A stretch of 64,000 nt of DNA from Octopus vulgaris (Eukaryota), in contig OX597814.1 of NCBI GenBank assembly GCA_951406725.2, positions 211,792,001 to 211,856,000 of the forward strand, read 5' to 3'. A program made the translations under genes and the position numbers. The stretch's first letter is position 1; each line of letters begins with the position of its first letter. Positions 39,416 to 54,387 of the stretch are shown one piece after another. The notes below the pieces were generated by a model. That model had not been told where the DNA came from and searched no databases. It saw nothing but the letters and a program-made list of their open reading frames with translations.

Positions 39416-39449
39416 AATTACCGAATATATTCTTGTTGCTTATTTTGAT

Positions 39450-39511
<62 letters not shown>

Positions 39512-39933
39512 GTATATTGGTAGAGGAAGTAACCAACAGTAAATAACATGAAATACGAAAACAAATGAGTTCAATACGCATACAATGAGGGAAACTAATG
39601 GAAAAGAGGGCATGTACCACAAAGAACGACCTTTCTTCTGTTTATCTCGGGTGTGTACTCTTCTTTTCGAGCATTGAACGAGAAAATGAATCTTCCAAGA
39701 CAGTTGCTCCCTTAAGTACCAAAATAAAATTTTGGACTTATGGAGAGTCAAAGCTGGTAACAAATATAGTACAGTGGAGACATACAAGGAAATCCTTATG
39801 TTCTAAATGCAGCCTAAGAAAAAACAAACCAGTTTTCACTCTTTTGGCCCTGATGAACTGGACTAAGAGAGATAATTCCGTTCTCGCTGACCAAGTAACA
39901 CTTAATTTTTGGTGACTTACTGTCAAAATAACC

Positions 39934-40002
<69 letters not shown>

Positions 40003-40106
40003 AGTCTCCCTTGACCTCAAGTGGCCTGAACTCTTTACATGAACACCACCCTGTACTTAACTCCATGTCCCCCTACATGGCCTTGCTATTTGCTTTTGAG
40101 CCAAAT

Positions 40107-40136
<30 letters not shown>

Positions 40137-40139
<3 letters not shown>

Positions 40140-40322
40140 CAGGTCATCCCATAAGTTCTGTCCGATTTTACCTTTTTTAAAATTGAATGAAATTAGTATT
40201 GTAGAATGTCTAATGTACTTAAAAATTATTTTTATACATTTCTGTACTTTTAAACTAATTAAGTATTATTTTACAGAAGAATAGAGTTAAAATGTAAAGA
40301 CCTTGCAGAAGATGGTTTGCAA
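40137..40322 (+). mobile_element. Mariner left-end fragment (same family as 5690-6760)
   Basis: tatcaggtcatcccataagttctgtccgattt is the reverse complement of the 6726-6756 TIR; ends in TCRRWFAK-like cttgcagaagatggtttgcaaa. Confidence 0.85.
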
Positions 40323-41048
40323 AGCTAGCCTTCAATTAGGTTTTCTGTTCCTAGGTTAATCGAAAACATAGATTGCAGTGCTACGCATAATCTTTGTCGG
40401 TACTTCAGCTATTTGGGGAAGAAAATACCACCAAAGCAACTTAAACCGTCCAAAGGACGGATGCATTTGCTAGTATCTAGTAAAATTTAATTGCCTTCAA
40501 ATCCAATATGTTTAACTTGTAGATTACACTTCTTTAGATATAGCCACAACTTGGATTACCATTTTAATAAAGAATGAACAGCTATGTGTGTGTTCAATAA
40601 AAAAAAATTACAAATGATACACCGTATATATTGTCTTCTTACCTACCTGAATTAGCGTACAAACCAAATGTCCCTCAGGTTTCCAGACTTAGTGAAACTG
40701 ATATAGGAGAATAGCAGACGTATCTACGAATAAATGACGTTCTTGGTGATGAGTAAAATTGTAATATATCTATCATAAGCTTGACAGGCTCTAATGTATT
40801 AGAAGGTACAAAGAAAAATCGAATTCAAACGAATGCAAAAACGTGTACAGAAAAAGTAAAACAAAGACAATTTGGAAATAATGAGTAATACTATAACCCC
40901 AGTACTTTCCAGCACATTTCTAGCACTACACTTATTTCAAAGAAAAGAGTCAGTTTCATGAGCTCCTTAGAAAATCATAAACATTACTGGAGAATGTGAG
41001 GCAAGATATATCATGGTGATTAAGTAAATAAGCCAATATTCGTCACCT

Positions 41049-41265
41049 CTCTTTTACTCTTTTACTCTTTTACTTGTTTCAGTCATTGACAGCGGCCAGG
41101 CTGGAGCACCGCCTTTAGTCGAGCAAATCAACCCCAGGACTTATTCTTTGTAAGCCCAGTACTTATTCTATCGGTCTCTTTTTGCCGAACCGCTAAGTGA
41201 CGGGGACGTAAGCACACGAGCATCGGTTGTCAAGCAATGCTAGAGGTACAAACACAGAAACACAA

Positions 41266-41322
<57 letters not shown>

Positions 41323-41487
41323 TACGACAGGCTTCTTTCAGTTTCCGTTTACCAAATCCACTCACAAGGCATTGGTCGGCCCGGGGCTATAGCAGAAGAC
41401 ACCTGCCCAAGATGCCACGCAGTGGGACTGAACCCGGAACCATGTGGTTGGTTAGCAAGCTACTTACCACACAGCCAGTCCTGCGTC
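41049..41487 (-). mobile_element. SINE family B
   Basis: Reverse complement of the 19834 copy. Confidence 0.92.
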
Positions 41488-41499
41488 TCTCATAACTAA

Positions 41500-42080
41500 T
41501 ATTTAAAGCTCCATCCAGTGATCAGCGCATATTTATGTGAAGTCCTTGTACAACGTGCAATGGTAGCAGGAAGCAAGTTTAAATTGATTTCAGTGTAGAA
41601 CTTACGAAATATTTAAAATCTATAATTGCTGACATTTCTGACACATGTTATGAATGATTTGTCATTGAATAGAGAAGTAAGAACAATATTTGAAATTAAA
41701 ACATTCTACATCAACTCTGACAAAACTAACACTAGGGGCGCCAACAGCACTATACTTGGTCGGAAGATAACACATCATGATGGGAAATCACGATTTACTC
41801 AATGAAAAGCAGGAATTAATATCGAAATACAGAAGGAAAACAAATATTGCCTCACGAATTTCAAATAATTACCGAAAGACTGACAACCCATAATTCAAAA
41901 ACTAATCAGAAAGTTATACGCATACACTGTGTATCAAATATAATCGTTATGGCTTCCCTATCGTTCAACTACTTTACGAAAATATCTGTCTCGCGTCAGA
42001 GAAATTATTTTAAATTTCACAGCTTGAAGTATTATAGTCATGATATTAGCTTCAGTACTGAGTTTTCATTTGTTTGTAGA
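41500..42080 (+). mobile_element. Penelope-like element, C-terminal end of GIY-YIG region plus 3' flank (decayed)
   Basis: HIMMGNHDLLNEKQELISKYRR..NKYCLTNFK* resembles the PLE C-terminal motif LLNKRSELISKCRH. May extend left to about 40330 across the SINE. Confidence 0.55.
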
Positions 42081-42082
42081 AA

Positions 42083-42083
<1 letters not shown>

Positions 42084-42174
<91 letters not shown>
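42084..42174 (+). repeat. (CTA)n microsatellite
   Basis: About 30 perfect units. Confidence 0.99.
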
Positions 42175-42214
42175 AGGTAAAACACTTTTTATACAAATGA
42201 GCAAATAAACACGG

Positions 42215-42263
<49 letters not shown>

Positions 42264-42974
42264 TATATACAGATAAATAGATATATAAATAGGTAGGTAG
42301 GTAGGTAAATAGGTAGGTAGGTCGGTCGGTAGGTATGTAGGTAGGTTGTAGAGGTCGAGAAAGAGCGAGAAAGAAAGAGAGAGGAATATGCGCACATCTA
42401 CACACTCGTGCTATACGTCACGACCAAATAAATTTATTAAAATAAACAATACTGAACATAGAAGTTACTTAATTTTCTTCGATGATATTAAAAACTAAGC
42501 CAGCTAAAATTACAACATTCCACAAAAGCTATTAATGCGACACGTTGGCCGACCGGAATTAACCGAGTGGTCAGCACACAGCTTGTCTTGGTGGGCCGTA
42601 GATATGGGTTTAGAAATACCATATTCAGAGAATTTTATTTTTATGTACAATGAACAAGAAAAATTACAAATGGCTCTCGCTTGCTATTTGCATACATGTA
42701 GGACGTTTCCAACTCAATAGAAAGCCAATAAATTTAGACACCTGCCCTTTTTTTCGGGAAGAAACGAATGTAGAATATTTTACGTATCTGTGTATACAAC
42801 CACGGAAACAATGTACATGAGCAAGCATTCATGTAACAAATTTTCATGTAAGTTCATAAATTATGATAATAAATAAAAACATGCACCATAGACTCGTCGT
42901 AAAAGTATACTTGTTGGTGATCTTCAGTTATAAATGAAATGAAAATAAAATAATATTGAAATCAAGTAGTTACA

Positions 42975-43023
<49 letters not shown>

Positions 43024-44649
43024 TTATTCTGAAATTTGTGCCACACTGTTTGGTGATACTTGGATATTTCTTGAATTTTGTATGTAAAATTGTTCGTGAA
43101 GTATTTCCCTAATTATACTATATCTGCATTTGAAATTTCATTTTCAGTTTCATTTTCAGAAAATTCGAGTCAGGAAAGATTTCATAAATGACAATATTTG
43201 TACGTAGTGAAATTTATTCAGGTCCCTGTTTTATTCATATATTTCGATTATTTGCAACAACGTTTGATTCAATATTATTCTATTTAAGTGATTTGTCTAT
43301 CATCATACGCTGGCTTAACATAGTAGTTGTTGTTCCTAACGACGTGTTAAGCAAAGTAAACAATATTCTTTTCTATTTCCTTTCGGCTTTTCGAACCGAG
43401 TTACTTTTACTAATATTAGACGAAATGGTAATTATATGAAACATAATTTTACACATAATACTACTGAACTGCAATAGTCTAAGCAATGTTTACAGATTAG
43501 GTTGAAGTAGGTGTTAGCTCACTGGTGACCTTAATTTGCAAAATAGGTTATATTTATATGACAAGAAAATTCACTCTTAAATTGTTCTATGTTGTTGTTT
43601 CCATGAAGTTCGCCAGTAATAATTAGTATCGTGTAAATTAACAATCGTAATTGTGTTCCTCAGATTATGTATATGAAGAATATTCACATCTTTTCCATTT
43701 AGCATTAGTTTGTCAATCATATTTTCTATATAGATATTTGATGATCTCCAGCAAAAATTCCAAAATAGAAAGGTAAATTAACAACACAGATAGGCAGCTC
43801 TCAGGTCTCAATCTCTTAGACGGCCATTAAATAAATGAATCAGAGAATACATATAAGTGTATTCATCAAAATCAGAATAGCACATAACTGGCTTTCCCGG
43901 ATCTATTTGCAGTTTTCCTTAGATTATTCTTGCAACACCATGTCTTCAATGTGTTAGGCTTATCTGAAAACATTCAAAGTCTTCATTGATGCAAGATAGG
44001 TTTTTGAACCGAAATAAAAAGCCTCCGGTGCATGATAGAGAAACAATTTTCTGTAAATTTCCAATTCCATTCTTATTTTCTTTGAATTATGTAGTGATAT
44101 GAAACTGAAAATGAGGGTTGGTTCCAAATTTCTCCTTCAGTATAAGGATGTGATTAGTATATCAGATATATTTCACATATTAGCACATTTCTAATTTCTG
44201 TCGAATGATACTGCGGAATAAATTTCCATTCATTCTTTAATGACATGTAAAATTACTTTGAAATACTTCCTAAACATAATTCTGAATCAATTCACCATAG
44301 TCGTTATATTACTGAAATAAGTCATTTTTAAAACGAAGAATGTCAAACACAAACACATACGGTTTAATGTATCTAATTATGTATGTATGTATATATGTAT
44401 ATATAGGGAGTATAATGCAGCACATATTGTGCAGATGTCAGTAATGCGTGTGCAGAGTTTTAGGTCCAATAAGGCTTGAACGACACCTCATAGACCCTAT
44501 CCAATTTATTGACATTATACAGAGACAATCCGCAGCAAGGTGTCTGGTGCCAATATGAGTCGCAGACTCAGGAATGTGGGAGCGCCGTGATCTCTAGCAC
44601 AAACCCCAAATCTCCAAAATGTCCAATATCCAATGCCATTCCCTGCATA

Positions 44650-45035
44650 TCTGCGAACTTGTGAATGGAAAGAAACCCCGGCAGAAACCAATGCTGTGTC
44701 AAGTCTTCATTAAAGGCCTATGATATGCAGGAAACTGACTGGGAGATCATTGCCTGTCATCGCCACAGATGGAGGAATTAGATTAAGTAGGGATCGACGC
44801 TTTTGTGGGAGCACGAATTCTGCATGAAGAACTTAAGCGTGCTGCTTGAAAGTGCACTGCAGGTGAAGTGAATGGGGAAAGCATGGCTTGCAATGTTTGG
44901 AGTCGTATGTGCTTGTCAAGAGCAGGGTTCATTAGCCACCAACATAGCCGCAAATACAAAATATTAGTTAGTCTTAGAACGCACAATGTTCCTGAAGGTC
45001 AGCTATGGTCTTCCTTTGGAGTGGATGGCCATCAT
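44650..45035 (+). mobile_element. RTE (BovB-like) LINE 3' end
   Basis: ELVNGKKPRQKP..VKSSLKAYDMQETDWEIIACHRHRWR..CNVWSRMCLSRAGFISHQHS, a degenerate C-terminal zinc finger. Confidence 0.8.
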
Positions 45036-45044
45036 GTATGTATG

Positions 45045-45096
<52 letters not shown>

Positions 45097-46727
45097 AGCA
45101 TGTATGTATGTGAATTTTTACCAAATCTAACGTAAAATAAATATGGTACTGAACCGCCGCGCAAATACTGAATAATTTATCATGAGTACGGGCATCTAAT
45201 GTGCAACAAATGAAGAGAAGCATTTCGAGTAGCGTATTACGAAGCTTAAGTAACGCAAGACATCATTAACAGTTTTACATTACGACGTCATTAAACGTAT
45301 CTTGTTATAGAAAAACAAATCAGAAAAACAGACATACATATAATATATGTGTACATATAGCCTGATATCGAAAATAGAGTGAAATAGAGACATGTCATTG
45401 GTGTGAGATATAGACGCTTACACTTAGATAGGGAATTAAATACAAACTCAGAAATCCTACAAAACAACACCCTAAAACTTCTACTGAAAATATATTTACT
45501 ATAATACTCTTTGATATATCGATTACTTGTTAATATGTCGGTTTCAAACATATCGATTAGATACGCATAGATAGAACTCGTGTTCATGTAAGAGTCTTTC
45601 CTTTTGTGTTGTTACGTTTTACTGATATGGAAAGTGTATTCTGTATAATGTCTCCGGTTAATAGGAAAAGAATAGTAAATCAATATGAAATTATTACAGA
45701 ATTCGAATTTATCTTGACTATCAACTTCTATAGACACACACATTAATATATATGTATATATGAAGAGATGAAGAGAGCGAGAGAGAGCAAGAGAGAGACA
45801 TCTACACATATACATACATACATACATATATGTGTGTATGTGTGTATTTATATGTGTATATATATATGTTATGAATATATATATAGAGAGATAGATAGAT
45901 ATATTTATATGTATGTATATACTATATGTTCATGCGTGGAGACAAAAGGAAAACTAGGAAATATGTTTAACAAATTCATATACTGATGTATATGTGAATG
46001 TGTATAGAAACATATACATATATACTCACACATACATACATACATACATACATACATACATACATACATACATACATACATACATACATACATACATACG
46101 TAGATACATACATATATACATACATGTGCACACATATATACACGTATCTATAATCATAAGTTCCGATCAGCCATTTCTGTGCTCGAATGTTTGTGCAGCT
46201 TTTACTTTCATATTTTAGTCGAATAACAACTAAAACGCAAACCGACCCAGTAAGAGATTAATCGAGGATAAACAGCATTAAATCTTGAAAACCAAAATCC
46301 GATCTCTCTCAGTTCAGCTAATATAGCTTCTTGTAGCTAAATTCTTACTACGTTTCGTGAACTTAACTGCTGTCCTGTCAACCAATTATTGCAGTTTTGA
46401 ATTGTATCCCCCTCCTACAAAAATAACCATAATTTTCAAGGTGGCTTTTTCACACGCTGATACATTACCTAGATTATGGCTATAACGTAAAATGTTGATC
46501 AACATATTCACATTTACCGTTATTTTGAAGACTTATCTTGCATCGAAGTGAATATTTTCGCCAAAATATAACCTTTGTAGATTAGAGATAAAAAAGGTAA
46601 AAAAATACGCATACATAGAAACGTAAAAATATACATTGATATATGGCATCATTCTATAGCTTATAAGTTATATAAGGCTGCATACATATGTACACACACA
46701 CATATGCATATATATATATATATATAC

Positions 46728-46784
<57 letters not shown>

Positions 46785-48325
46785 TACATACATACGTTCA
46801 TAAATATAGAGTTACACGCATGCTTATACACACGCACACACACAGACATTTATATGTATGTATGTATGTTATAACTCAAGTAGTAAATTTTTCAATTTCC
46901 CTAACACAGAATTCAGAGCGTATTTGTCCTTAACATTCAAAACGAGGTGGTGACTATGGGTGATTATTGGCGCGTTAGATTCATAACCTGGCCTTACTTA
47001 CTGTGGTTCCTTGTGCTATGTGTTCAAATGAAACGAAAATCAGCTTCCTTCTTTATCTCTTTACGGTTGAGATACAAAATGCTTCTCCACTACAGACACT
47101 GAATTGTTACAGCTAGAGAAGTATAGGTCTGTGCACGTTATGAAACACAAGGCCAGCTGTAAGCCAAGATGGTGCTACTTTAACTCAACCTGGAGCCAGT
47201 AGTGACGGAAGGAAAGCATATTTAAGTGTTCCTGTTAAATTGCTGGAGATGTTTGACAATAATGAAATCAGCAAATATTATTTTTTAAAATCTGTTTGCA
47301 AGCCTATCAGATAAGATTTAATATTCCGCTGCCCAAAGAATAAGGATCTTTGCTTGAATCGTATCCTAGTGTCTCTGGGTGCGACAGAAATTGCTCGGCA
47401 GATAGGTTACGTGCTTGCAATCATATTCTTATCTAGCAGCTGCATTTGGCAGTTGGAATCTGTTTGGTATAATGTGAATAACAAAAACATAGTGTCCCAT
47501 AGATAACTGTTTGACATTTGTAGCTACTTAAGACTGTGGTTCAATATTTCCATTCCCTTCGATGCTGCCACCCATCACCACAAAATAATGCTAACATCTA
47601 TTTCGCTACTTCGGTAAGAAAAGTCTAGAATATAGTTTCGGCAATTATGCACAGCTGCATACGGAATGGCACTTGCAAAGCATCATTCACATACAGAACT
47701 CAACAATAGATCTATATACATACTTATATATACAAGCAACTTATCACCAGCTCAACAAGGATAACAATACAGGTGAACCACCGTAATGAAACAAGTGATG
47801 CTGTGTCAATATTCACACGACTTCAGAAGTGCCAGCAATTATTCTCTCTCTGTAATAAATACGCCTCCATATACTGAACAATATATGCTCAATACATACC
47901 TCTTGCATATCTCTCACCAGAATGTCTCTTTATTCCTTCTCTCAGTATTTGAATCTGCTAGCATTCATTTTTCAATACTTTCCCTCTTCTCACCATGCTG
48001 TACCACTTAATTATTTTTTGGGTCCTGGATTTACCTAAAGAAGACTCGATCTTACTGGATTTAATTACACCTTCCGACCCTCCTCGACATAATAAGCAAA
48101 AATAAATATCACTGATGAGAGACATTCTTCCTCTGTCTCACCTAGACGGAATATCCAACATACTGGGTCTTCGCTAGATACGATGTTCCAAAATCAGGGT
48201 TATCACTGAAGCAGCTGTCAAAGACTATATTTATTATTTTGCAAAAATTAATCTCCCTACCCTATATTGCCTAACTGCTTAGATTTCCTCGCTACTTTAG
48301 GCTATATACGTATATACATACATAT

Positions 48326-48386
<61 letters not shown>

Positions 48387-48389
48387 ACG

Positions 48390-48742
48390 GCACTCAGTCG
48401 GTTACAACAAAGAGGGTTCCAGTTGATCCGTTCAACGGAGCACCCTGCTCGTGAAATTAATGTGCAAGCGGCTGAGCAATCCTCAGACACGAGTGACGTT
48501 AACGTTTTTCTCGGGGAGATTCAGCGTGACAGAGAATTTGGCAAGGCTGGCCCTTTGAAGAACATGTACAACAGAAACAAGAAAAAAGAGTGAGAGGAAG
48601 TTGTGATGAGAGAGTATAACAGGGTTCGTCACCAACCCCTGCTGAAGCATTGTGGTGTTTTAAGTGCTTTCATTTAATAAACATACACAACGCCCGGTTT
48701 GGGGGTCGAAAACGCGAGTCCGCTGCCCTAACCACTGGACAA
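48390..48742 (-). mobile_element. SINE family A, diverged
   Basis: gagggttccagttgatccg..cgtgaaattaa..ggctggccctttgaa..cgagtccgctgccctaaccactgg. Confidence 0.88.
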
Positions 48743-49197
48743 TTACATTTCTCTCTCTCTCTCTAACCACACACACACACACACCTATATATATCTGTAT
48801 ACACACACATACACACACACACACACATGCACACACATATATATATATATATATATATGTATATTTACATATACTTGTAATATAGGATAACATTTTTTTT
48901 GCAAAAACATTCCATCAAAAAGGCCATCATATTCAAATACCTTTAAAAGTTAAAATTATAAACAATTATAAGCAAGGACAAAAGAAAGAATGATTTCTAT
49001 GTCAATATTCTGAGAATATATTTGAATCGTCAATCACCACATTACAATATACATTCACTATCAATACACCTCGTGCTGAAATCGAGGAAGGCAAGTTAAG
49101 AGACTTTTTTTTTTAAATTCTTTATCTCTCTATGTATGTATATATGAATGTATGTATATATGCATGTATGTTTGTATATACTTCACTATAATTTACA

Positions 49198-49600
49198 GCT
49201 GGAGTGGCTGTGTGGCAAGTAGCTCGCTTACCAACCACATGGTTCCGGGTTCAGTCCCACTGCGTGGCATCTTGGGCAAGTGTCTTCTGCTATAGCCTCG
49301 GGCCGACCAATGCCTTGTGAATAGATTTGGTAGACGGAAACTGAAAGAAGCCTGTGGTATATATGTACATACATATATGTATGTGTGTGTGTATATGTTT
49401 GTGTGTCTGTGTTTGTCCCACCACCATCGCTTGACAACCGATGCTGGTGTGTTTACGTACTCATCACTTAGCGGTTCGGCAAAAAGAGACCGATAGAATA
49501 AGTACTGGGCTTACAAAGAATAAGACCCGGGGTCGATTTGCTCGACTAAAGGTGGTGCTCCAGCTTGGCCGCAGTCACATGACTGAAACAAGTAAAAGAG
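49198..49600 (+). mobile_element. SINE family B
   Basis: Matches the 19834 copy. Confidence 0.92.
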
Positions 49601-52600
49601 TATAGCTATGTAATATAACTAGAATGTTTTCTTGATGTAAATGGAAGGGCGTTGTTTCTGCATTAAAATTTGGAATTTTATCTTCTGTGAACAAATTCAG
49701 CATATAAGGAAGAAAAAATGCGCATACATACGTAATCACACGCACACCAGTAATGTAAAGTAGGACAGATATTTGTTTACGTTTGCTGTCACTACCCTCC
49801 CTAATAACGTTTCTTAGCATTTTTACTCGCATTGGGAGGTGACATATAAAGAATTATCATACATATAATCACATAGATATATATTGACAGTAAACAAATA
49901 TTTTCAGTTATTTTGAATATGATTAAATAATAATATGGCTGGAAATAGTAAATGTGAGGTTCGAAAATTAGTTCGCCTTATAAAATACAATAAAATAAAA
50001 TAAAATACCTATCATTTCTTATTCACGAAAAAAATTCATATTTATAGAAAGCGAAATTATACCGGGACCTCAAACAGCATTTCAAATATCTGCCCATAAT
50101 GTAACTTATAATTATTTCATAAAAAACCTGTGAGATCAAAGACTCGACAGACTGAAATGTGATATTACAACCTGAAGGAACGAAATGCATTCATTGTGTT
50201 AATAAAATAGGAAAGTATCCAAAGGTATATGTATATGATCACATAGATATTTTCAAATTTGTCTTTCATTTTGTGTTTCTATGTGCGTTTGTGAGTAAAT
50301 ATATATTTAAGTATACATATACATATAAGTATATATATATGTGTGTGCGTGTGGGTCTGTGTGTGTGTGTCTGTGTGTGTGTGTGTATGTGTGTGTGTGT
50401 ATGTGTGTTTGTTTGTAGATACATACATACACGCATACACACTCGCACGCACAAGCACGCGCAAAACACACACACACGCACGCACACACCCTGAGATGCC
50501 TTCACTTGCTCTACTGAACTTCCTTCTAAATATCTGGACCTCAACTTTCTTCCTTTCATCGCTTCCCTCCCGTTTCACATCTATGATACCACTTATGCCA
50601 TTTGCGTATTTAATTCCTTTTACCTCCACTCCCGGCTCCTTCCCTTCCTCTGTACCACGGTCGTCAAATCCCTCTACGCCCTCTTCGCCCAAAATGACAG
50701 TCTCCTGTCCCTCCAATACTTCCTCAGAATCGCACCGTCCTTGAAGTCAGGGCATCTACACTTCTCTGTATCACTGAACCAGTTCTCGCCTATGACTGAT
50801 TCCCGTTGACGGGCGCGGTTCACAACCCACCCTGTCCTTCTCTAGCTACCACTCCCCTATTTTTTATGCACCCAAACCCTACGGATTCCTAGCCTCCTCC
50901 CCTTCTCCGCTCTCACTCATCACATATCTTTCGTTGCTCTTGAACTCGATGCCACACCTGTGCATTTATCACCAACAGAGTTTCGCTCGCAGGTACAAAC
51001 CAACACACTGTTCACATCCGATATGTTTATCATGTATCTCATCTAACATCCGCGGTGATAGGCCCCACATGCTGTGACACCATTTCCAGCGGCAACTTGG
51101 TGTCGTCACCTACCAGCCAAGGCTCCACTACTTGTCAGGTTGATAAAAACAAGCTGTCAAATGAGTGGCTCTCCGACAGATTTTATGTTCGAGTCTGTGG
51201 CACAGGGGACATACGACGTTCTTCGAACACGGACTGTACCTCTACTAACATTTCACAGGGCGGAAATTGCTCCCTGCAAGTGCGAGCCCCGTCAGTCAGA
51301 GTAGCTGTTCCCGTGCAACTCCCTCGCTATCATCCGGGACAGAGTCTTTTCCATATAGTCTGCTGGTACCACGAGAAATGTTTCTATATTGTGAGAGGCA
51401 AGAATCTCTGTTATTCTGCTACTAATACTGACTTACTGCCTTAAATGTACTCTTTGCTGATCTGTAGAAGTCGGGTACACTGGGCACTACTGAACGTTTT
51501 GGAGATATCCACCTCAGAAAACTATCTCAGCTGCCCACACCTTTTGCTCGATTAATCACTCCACACAATACCTGACGGTGTCCTCCCTGTCCTTACACAA
51601 TGACGATTCCGGCAGCAGACTTTGCAAGGAGCAACGATACATCTCTTTACGAACTCATATGCCGATTGGACTTAACACAGCCACTTCCTTCTTTTAAGAG
51701 CCTCTGACGTCATCTCTCTCAGCAATCTCAATCCACTTTCCTCTGATTTCCTCTGTTCCTTTACTCTCCACTTGTCTTCTACATAGTCATATACATAACT
51801 TTCACTTTCACCTAAGACAAACACGCGCGTGCGCACACAGCATAGCACACACATACACACACACACACGTTTAAAGATAATCATAAGCACATACAAAAAA
51901 CAATTCACAAACACCTCTACACTCCTACACACACACTCATACGCACGAACACACATACACACACATACACACACGCAAATGCTTATAACCACAGAAACGT
52001 ACATAGACAGACACAAAATCACATGCCTACAAACACGGTAGCCCACATGCTTTCACAGACATAACGGGGCCCCTCCCCCACCTCATATTGTACTACTGTT
52101 ACTAACCTGTTAGTTCCATCCTCGCACGTACACACTGACACAAACAAACAGAAATACATATGCTATTATCTTACGTAGCACCCCCTATTATACAAACCAT
52201 ATATTGACAAGAATGAATCTCGCTGCAGCCGTCGGCGGACGCGAACTCATTAAAATTAAAATGTAAGAAATACAAACCTATTTCGGATTGATCACCGACA
52301 AAGTCGATGAATCTAGGATAACACAACCAAACGAAATAAAAAATTAAATTAAAGAAAACACTATTGTCTATAAAGTATACAATGTAGAGAAAAAAAAATT
52401 TGAACACCTGGAGGAAAGCACCAGCGAAAAGTGTCTTGGTGCGACTATGAAAGATATCAAGTATCTAACGAGAGGCGGTAAATTCGCCACAATAGAAACA
52501 AGGTTCGAGGCAACGGAGCGTGCAAGGGAATACTCGACTCGAACCTTGCAAAGTGGAAATATTTTATTTTTACCTTTATATCTGGAACGTAGGACGTCCC

Positions 52601-52789
52601 GGATAAACATTTAAAATGTGCCCCCAGATGTAGAGATAGGCTGGATTGTAGCCACACTTCTATACAAGAGGGAGGACAAGATACAATTGATCAAAATTGC
52701 AAGAGACGGGCCTACAATTCCAGTCTGTTATATATTTTGAGTATTGTTATCACTAGCGATATCAAGATATAACTTTGTATTTTGTATTT

Positions 52790-52835
<46 letters not shown>

Positions 52836-52840
<5 letters not shown>

Positions 52841-53066
52841 CTTTACTACCCACAAGGGGCTAAACACAGAGGGGACAAACAAGGACAGACATAGGTATTA
52901 AGTCGATTACATCGACCCCAGTGCGTAACTGGTACTTTATTTATCGACCCCGAAAGGATGAAAGGCAAAGTCGACCTCGGCGGAATTTGAACTCATAACG
53001 TAACGGCAGACGAAATACGGCTACGCATTTCGCCCGGCGTGCTAACGTTTCTGCCAGCTCACCGCC
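52836..53066 (-). mobile_element. SINE family C
   Basis: Reverse complement of the 35518 copy; sits in (TA)n. Confidence 0.92.
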
Positions 53067-53152
53067 TATATATATATAGATGTACATGTAATATGTACAC
53101 ATATATACATGCACTAGCACTATGACCCGGCAACGACGGGTCATAATGATTG

Positions 53153-53185
<33 letters not shown>

Positions 53186-53667
53186 ATTTATGTGTGCGCG
53201 CGCTCGTGACACATTGCATACATAATGTTTATTACACATCTCTCTTTATTGTAGCGAATTTGAATTACAGCTGCTCCCATTGTTCATTATATTTTCATTC
53301 CTGATAGGTTTATTCTCACAGGAGGAAAGTAGCATTAAAAGCCGATTGTGTAGACGTAGTAATAACAAACAAATATTTACTAATGGAAACAACTGTAAGG
53401 CAAATTTACTACAATAAAGAAAAATAGGTAATGACCATTCTTTATAGCTTGTCTTCTATATCTCTCTGTGTAAAAGCCAATATGACTGGAGCACAACCAT
53501 GGATTTACAATATAGAACAGTGATAAACTATAAAGTCAGACACTGCCGCAAGATTACACGCACACGTTGACTAATCTAAACTATATTGCTTGCTTTGTGT
53601 AGCAACACAGAGCTTATCAAGTATAAGCCCAGACTGACAATCCATAAATACACACACACATACTCAC

Positions 53668-53770
<103 letters not shown>

Positions 53771-53965
53771 GCCCTACGTCTGTGTAAGTATCTATATTTT
53801 TGCAAAGACCTCATTTGCTTCTGATTCTGTGGTACAAAATAGCAAGTACGACATGCGACCAATAAAAATGAATACAATAAGGAAACTGCAATGTATCCCA
53901 GGCTCTATACGATCGACGAAAAGCAGTCAATGCGTTGCCACAGAATGAACACAGCGTTTTGGTAG

Positions 53966-54122
53966 CCGAGTGGCTGTGTGATAAGTAGCTTGCTAACCAA
54001 CCACATGGTTCCGGGTTCAGTCCCACTGCGTGGCATCTTGGGCAAGTGTCTTCTGCTATAGCCCTGGGCCGACCAATGCCTTGTGAGTGGATTTGGTAGA
54101 CAGAAACTTAAAGAAGCCTGTC

Positions 54123-54161
<39 letters not shown>

Positions 54162-54387
54162 GTGTGTGTGTATATGTTTGTGTGTCTGTGTTTGTCTCCC
54201 TAGCATTGCTTGACAACCGATGCTGGTGTGTTTACGTCCCCGTCACTTAGCGGTTCGGCAAAAAGAGACCGATAGAATAAGTACTGGGCTTACAAAGAAT
54301 AAGTCCCGGGGTCGATTTGCTCGACTAAAGACGGTGCTCCAGCATGGCCGCAGTCAAATGATTGAAACAAGTAAACGAATAAAAGAA
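53966..54387 (+). mobile_element. SINE family B
   Basis: Matches the 19834 copy. Confidence 0.92.

Larger units (their letters stand above)
39136..39448. repeat. 123 bp inverted repeat whose arms each carry a hammerhead motif (Penelope-pLTR-like)
   Basis: Arms 39136-39258 and 39326-39448; 67 nt spacer; followed by (TA)n. Confidence 0.9.
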
